A stretch of 64,000 nt of DNA from Cyanobacteria bacterium auto_48_18 (lineage in GTDB: Bacteria > Cyanobacteriota > Vampirovibrionia > Obscuribacterales > Obscuribacteraceae): NCBI GenBank assembly GCA_036170915.1, contig JAVHQC010000004.1, positions 1-64,000 of the forward strand, given 5' to 3'. Positions within the stretch are counted from its first letter, which is position 1. Each line of letters opens with the position of its first letter. Positions 59,855-64,000 of this stretch are shown here, piece after piece. The position numbers and the translations under genes are program-made. Under the pieces are notes generated by a model. That model saw nothing but the letters and a program-made list of their open reading frames with translations. It ran no database searches and was not told where the DNA came from.

Positions 59855-59880
59855 GGAACTCTTTATTGGCTTCACCGTCT
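59855..59880 (+). promoter_or_regulatory. ECF-sigma-type promoter GGAAC-N17-GTCT
   Basis: About 33 bp before the ATG at 59914 of the exporter operon. Confidence 0.65.
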
Positions 59881-59913
59881 CAGACTTTGAATCTCATAAT
59901 TGGTGCTTCTAAT

Positions 59914-60942
59914 ATGAACAGTGAGTCCACAGAGATGCCCGCAGCGTCTGAACCGAAGGTTAACTCAAAATCAGACTCGGGTGTCGTTAATCGCAGTAAT
60001 AGCAAATTAGTAGCGATATTAGTTGTACTTACTATCTGTGGAATTTTGTCTTATTTGGTTTTCGATGGTATGAAAACCAATTCGGCGAATAACCAACTTT
60101 TTGTCAGCGGTCGCATTGAGGCACCCGAAACATATATTTCATCGGCCACAGCAACAAGAGTGCAATCGGTCAATATAAAAGAAGGCGATCACGTGCGCAA
60201 AGGCCAGCTGATTTTGACATTAGACGCCTCGTCTGTTGAAAACAAACTGGATGCTTCGGGTTCAGCCATCGCTCTGGCACAGAGTGCGAAAGCCAAGGCC
60301 AATGCGCAAATTGCTGCTACTCAGAGTGAAATCAACACGGCCAAGAAAAAGTCTAAAGGTTTTTTCGCCAAGATTTTTACCAGCAAAAAGAAAAAGGCTG
60401 AGGTAACTGCTCATTTTAAACAAGAGATGACCGAAGCTCAGATGCTGCTGCAAAAGACTCAGGAGGCAGAATTGCGCGCAAGAGCCATGCGCGCCGAAGC
60501 ATCGTCAAAGCTTTCATATTTTTATTTGAAGAGTCCTATTGATGGTGTCTGCACCATTCGTAGTGTTCAACCAGGCGAACTGGTGGCAGCCGGACAGATA
60601 CTTCTGACCATCAGCAATCCCAAATCAGCTTTTATGAAAGGATACATTCCTGAAGGTAAGGTAGGCGAAATCAAGGTTGGGCAGCCTGCCATTATTACCC
60701 TCGATTCCAACCACCAACTGAAAGCGCATATCACCGCCATTGATACCACGCCCTCTTTTACTCCGGAGAATGTCTATTTTAAGGAAGACCGAGTACGTCA
60801 GGTTTTTGGGTTGAAGCTGGCCATCGACCAGAATGACGGCAGTGCTAAAGCCGGAATGCCTGCCGAAGCAGAAATATTGCGCCCAGGCCAGACAACCAGC
60901 AGTCTTAAACAAAAGCCGAAAACTCCGGAGCTTTCTAAATGA
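59914..60942 (+). CDS. HlyD-family membrane fusion protein (YbhG-like)
   Basis: TM helix, SGRIEA, KEGDHVRKGQ, SPIDG, FTPENV, KAGMPAEA; start moved to the ATG at 59914. Confidence 0.9.
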   Translation: MNSESTEMPAASEPKVNSKSDSGVVNRSNSKLVAILVVLTICGILSYLVFDGMKTNSANNQLFVSGRIEAPETYISSATATRVQSVNIKEGDHVRKGQLILTLDASSVENKLDASGSAIALAQSAKAKANAQIAATQSEINTAKKKSKGFFAKIFTSKKKKAEVTAHFKQEMTEAQMLLQKTQEAELRARAMRAEASSKLSYFYLKSPIDGVCTIRSVQPGELVAAGQILLTISNPKSAFMKGYIPEGKVGEIKVGQPAIITLDSNHQLKAHITAIDTTPSFTPENVYFKEDRVRQVFGLKLAIDQNDGSAKAGMPAEAEILRPGQTTSSLKQKPKTPELSK

Positions 60943-62909
60943 GTGTGGACGCGCCTTCTCCCCTGGTCAAGTCCACAACCGAAACGGTGATTGGCACCAC
61001 CGGTCTGACCAAAATCTACAAAGGAAAAGTTAAGGCTCTGGACGGCTTCAATTTAGAAGTCAATCACGGCGATCTTTTTGGCCTGGTGGGGCCTGACGGC
61101 GCCGGTAAGTCTACAGCTTTGAAAATTCTAGCTGGCATTATGGAAGCAAGCAGTGGCGATGCCACAGTCTTTGGTCAGAAACCCTCTGCTGTGAGAGGTT
61201 CCATTGGTTATGTACCGCAAAATTGCGCTCTTTATCCAGAACTTACTGTAGACGAAAGTCTGCAATACGAAGCTGGTTTGCACAATGTAGACCAGGCCAC
61301 TTTCGAAAAGTTGCGTGCCACCCATCTCGAGCGCATGGGCCTGGCAAAATTTGGATCGCGCTTGACGTCGAAGTTGTCTGGTGGCATGCGGCAAAATCTG
61401 GCCTTGTGTTGTGCCCTAGTCTCGCAGCCCAAGCTGATTTTGCTCGACGAGCCCACCACCGGCCTTGACCCTATTGCCCGCCGTGAATTGTGGCAGACAT
61501 TGATTGCATTAACCGCTGAGGGTGTGACAACGGTTATCGCTACTCCCTTTCTCGATGAAGCTGAAAGGTGCACTCGCATAGCATTAATGTATGAGGGGAA
61601 AATACACCAGAGCGGCTCACCGGAAGAATTACAGAACGCTCTTGGTGTGAGACGTTTAGAGATACTGGTGAGAGGCGCAGATAGCCAATCGGTGTCAGCG
61701 CTGAGTGAGAAACTCTCGAACCATTCTGAAAACATCGTAGACCTCTACCCGTTCGGCGACCATCTGGAGATTCTTGCTAAAGACGGAAAAGCCGCACAGA
61801 CAGAGGTGGAAGCTGCCTTTGCTGGAGATGCAAACAACCTTGTTAGCCACGAAACTACGCCGAGCATGGAAAATGTATTCGTCATGCGCTTACGCGAATT
61901 AGGCCTGACTGAAATTCAGCCGCCAGCGTTTCCTTCATTAGATGACGGTCAGAAAAGAGCTGCTAAAGCTACTTCTGCCATTGCTGCTAAAAACCTGGTT
62001 AAGACTTTTGGCGCGTTTAAAGCTGTAGACGACTTGAGCGTTGATATCAAATATGGTGAGATTTATGGCCTTCTGGGCGCTAACGGTGCGGGAAAGACCA
62101 CTACCATTAAGATGCTTTGCGGCCTGCTTTCTCCCACTTCCGGACAGGTGACACTGGCTGGCGAAAGTGGTAGTTTGCGCAGCCGCGACGTGCGGCGCAA
62201 GATTGGCTATATGAGCCAAAAATTCACTTTGTATGATGGTCTGACTGTTTTTGAAAATTTGCAATTTTATGCTGGCATCTATGAGCTGCCTTTGTCAAAG
62301 CGTAAGCAACAGCTTGACTGGGCTCTAGCCGCTTGTGGTCTGGCAGAAACCAGAGATGTGGTGGTGGGCAGTTTACCTTTAGGCTGGAAACAACGCATCG
62401 CATTTGGTGCGGCTGTCATGCATGATCCGCAAGTAATTTTTCTAGACGAACCGACAGCCGGGGTTGATCCCCTGGCGCGCAGGCAATTGTGGCGCATGAT
62501 TAGAGAGTTTTCTGCGCGGGGAGCGGCGATTTTAGTCACCACCCATTACCTTGATGAAGCAGAATATTGCAACCGTCTCAGTTTTGTTTCTGCCAGCCGT
62601 ATGATCGCTGAGGGTACTCCAAGTGAAATCAAGACGATTGGAGACGGTGAACTCTTTGAAGTAATCTGCCATCAGCCGCAAGAGGCTTTCACGGCTCTGG
62701 CTAACACTCTTGAACCCTGGCGCATTTCTATTTTTGGCAAAGCCCTGCATATATTTCTTGATCATCCTGAAACGGATCTACCGCCGGTGAAGGCACTTTT
62801 AGAAAAAGCTGATCTGGTCAAGCAAGAAATTCGCTCCATTCCTTTTTCTCTTGAAGACGCCTTCATTGCTCGTGTTCAACACGGCAAAAAAGGATCAGGT
62901 GCAGGCTAA
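60939..62909 (+). CDS. ABC transporter ATPase with two nucleotide-binding domains (YbhF-like)
   Basis: GPDGAGKS/LSGGM/LLDEPT and GANGAGKT/LPLGWKQR/FLDEPT. Confidence 0.95.
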   Translation: MSVDAPSPLVKSTTETVIGTTGLTKIYKGKVKALDGFNLEVNHGDLFGLVGPDGAGKSTALKILAGIMEASSGDATVFGQKPSAVRGSIGYVPQNCALYPELTVDESLQYEAGLHNVDQATFEKLRATHLERMGLAKFGSRLTSKLSGGMRQNLALCCALVSQPKLILLDEPTTGLDPIARRELWQTLIALTAEGVTTVIATPFLDEAERCTRIALMYEGKIHQSGSPEELQNALGVRRLEILVRGADSQSVSALSEKLSNHSENIVDLYPFGDHLEILAKDGKAAQTEVEAAFAGDANNLVSHETTPSMENVFVMRLRELGLTEIQPPAFPSLDDGQKRAAKATSAIAAKNLVKTFGAFKAVDDLSVDIKYGEIYGLLGANGAGKTTTIKMLCGLLSPTSGQVTLAGESGSLRSRDVRRKIGYMSQKFTLYDGLTVFENLQFYAGIYELPLSKRKQQLDWALAACGLAETRDVVVGSLPLGWKQRIAFGAAVMHDPQVIFLDEPTAGVDPLARRQLWRMIREFSARGAAILVTTHYLDEAEYCNRLSFVSASRMIAEGTPSEIKTIGDGELFEVICHQPQEAFTALANTLEPWRISIFGKALHIFLDHPETDLPPVKALLEKADLVKQEIRSIPFSLEDAFIARVQHGKKGSGAG

Positions 62910-64000
62910 TGAAACGAATTTGGGCACAAGCAGTTAAGGAGTGGCAAGAATTTCGGCGCGATCGCCTCAGTTTGGCGCTGGCCTTTTTATTGCCCTTATT
63001 TTCATTGCTTCTATTTGGTTATGGCATCAGACTGGAATCGAAAAATATTCCCATTGTGGTGCAAGACAATGATCAGACCTCATTTAGTCGCGAATATGTT
63101 GAAAGACTTTATGCCACCAATATTCTTTCTCGCGCCAATATTGCAGGCGCCAAATCGCCGCGCGATGCCATCGATCGCGGGTTGGCAAAAGTATCTATCA
63201 CCATTCCTGAGGGGTTTACACAAAAAGTTTTGCGCCGTGAAACTTCATCTCTCGATGTGCTGATCGACGGCACTGACATCGCCAACACTCAAATTGTCTC
63301 TAACAGCATCAAAGCAGCGAATATTTATTTTGTTGCCATGCTTAAGGCATCCAAGACTGCCGGCGATCCTAACGATTTAAAAGTGGTGGCACCACAGGTG
63401 CGCGTCTGGTACAACCCGGGCCGGCTCGAGCCTTTGTTTATTGTGCCGGGTGCCATCGGCATCATACTCTGGATGTATCCGGCACTTCTGGCTGCCGTGG
63501 CCGCTTCACGCGAGAAAGAACAAGAGACGATTATCAGGGTCTATTCTTCGTCTATCAAACCGCTCGAGTTTTTGTTGGGCAAGGCTCTGGTTTATTTTCT
63601 AGTGGGAATGGTAATGGCACTACTGGTAATAACACTAGGTTGGATTTTATTTGCAGTAAAAATTGTGGGTGATCCCACTCCGCTACTCGTTTGTATACCA
63701 ATTTATGTATTTGCTGCAGTTCTATTCGGTCTGATGCTTGGTACCTTTGCCAATTCGCAAACCGTTGCTGTGCAGGCCACCTCTACTGCGGGATTTTTCC
63801 CTTGCCTTCTGCTTTCGGGCTTTGTTTATCCGATTTATAACATTCCCATGCCGCTCAATTTACTTACGTTGGTTGTGCCGGCACGTTATTTCATTCAACT
63901 CACTCGTGACACCTTTGTGCGCGGAATGGGTTGGCCTGCAGTCTGGTTTGTGCCCCTGATTTTACTGGTTTTCTGCCTGGCATACCTGGCGCTCAGTTGG
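62909..64000 (+). CDS. ABC-2 type permease (YbhS-like), truncated at the window end
   Basis: Open frame from the ATG at 62909: MKRIWAQAVKEWQEFRRDR...LLFGYGI, WYNP, IVPG, REKE. Confidence 0.9.
   Translation, partial: MKRIWAQAVKEWQEFRRDRLSLALAFLLPLFSLLLFGYGIRLESKNIPIVVQDNDQTSFSREYVERLYATNILSRANIAGAKSPRDAIDRGLAKVSITIPEGFTQKVLRRETSSLDVLIDGTDIANTQIVSNSIKAANIYFVAMLKASKTAGDPNDLKVVAPQVRVWYNPGRLEPLFIVPGAIGIILWMYPALLAAVAASREKEQETIIRVYSSSIKPLEFLLGKALVYFLVGMVMALLVITLGWILFAVKIVGDPTPLLVCIPIYVFAAVLFGLMLGTFANSQTVAVQATSTAGFFPCLLLSGFVYPIYNIPMPLNLLTLVVPARYFIQLTRDTFVRGMGWPAVWFVPLILLVFCLAYLALSW

Overview
Gene-dense bacterial chromosomal window (roughly 48% GC by eye). I found no rRNA, tRNA, CRISPR array or recognisable mobile element. 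The gene repertoire (orphan TadE/TadG-like pseudopilins, TPR and LRR proteins, PAS histidine kinases, proteins with long hydrophilic N-termini) is reminiscent of non-photosynthetic Cyanobacteria relatives (Melainabacteria/Obscuribacterales); this taxonomy is inference only. Recognisable genes: cdd, a PPi-type phosphofructokinase, an amidase, a DUF1800/DUF1501 pair, several two-component genes, pspA/IM30, a 2894-aa cyclic beta-1,2-glucan synthase (ndvB/cgs), a DAG-kinase family protein and a YbhG/F/S-like ABC exporter truncated at the window end. Main observations: (1) two translationally coupled membrane histidine kinases with complementary defects, one with the phospho-acceptor His but a degenerate ATPase, the other with an intact ATPase but no His, suggesting an obligate split or heterodimeric kinase just upstream of pspA; (2) seven correctly oriented G(G/A)AAC-N17-GTC ECF-sigma-type promoters outlining a candidate stress regulon; (3) a 16-bp perfect palindrome AGATTGATATCAATCT present as tandem pairs at two convergent intergenic sites; (4) two signal-less putative cell-wall-targeting proteins (GH75 plus CHAP-like; YD repeats plus degenerate M23) sharing an exact 21-bp upstream motif and flanking an exported LRR protein. 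All calls come from reading motifs by eye; no database searches were run.
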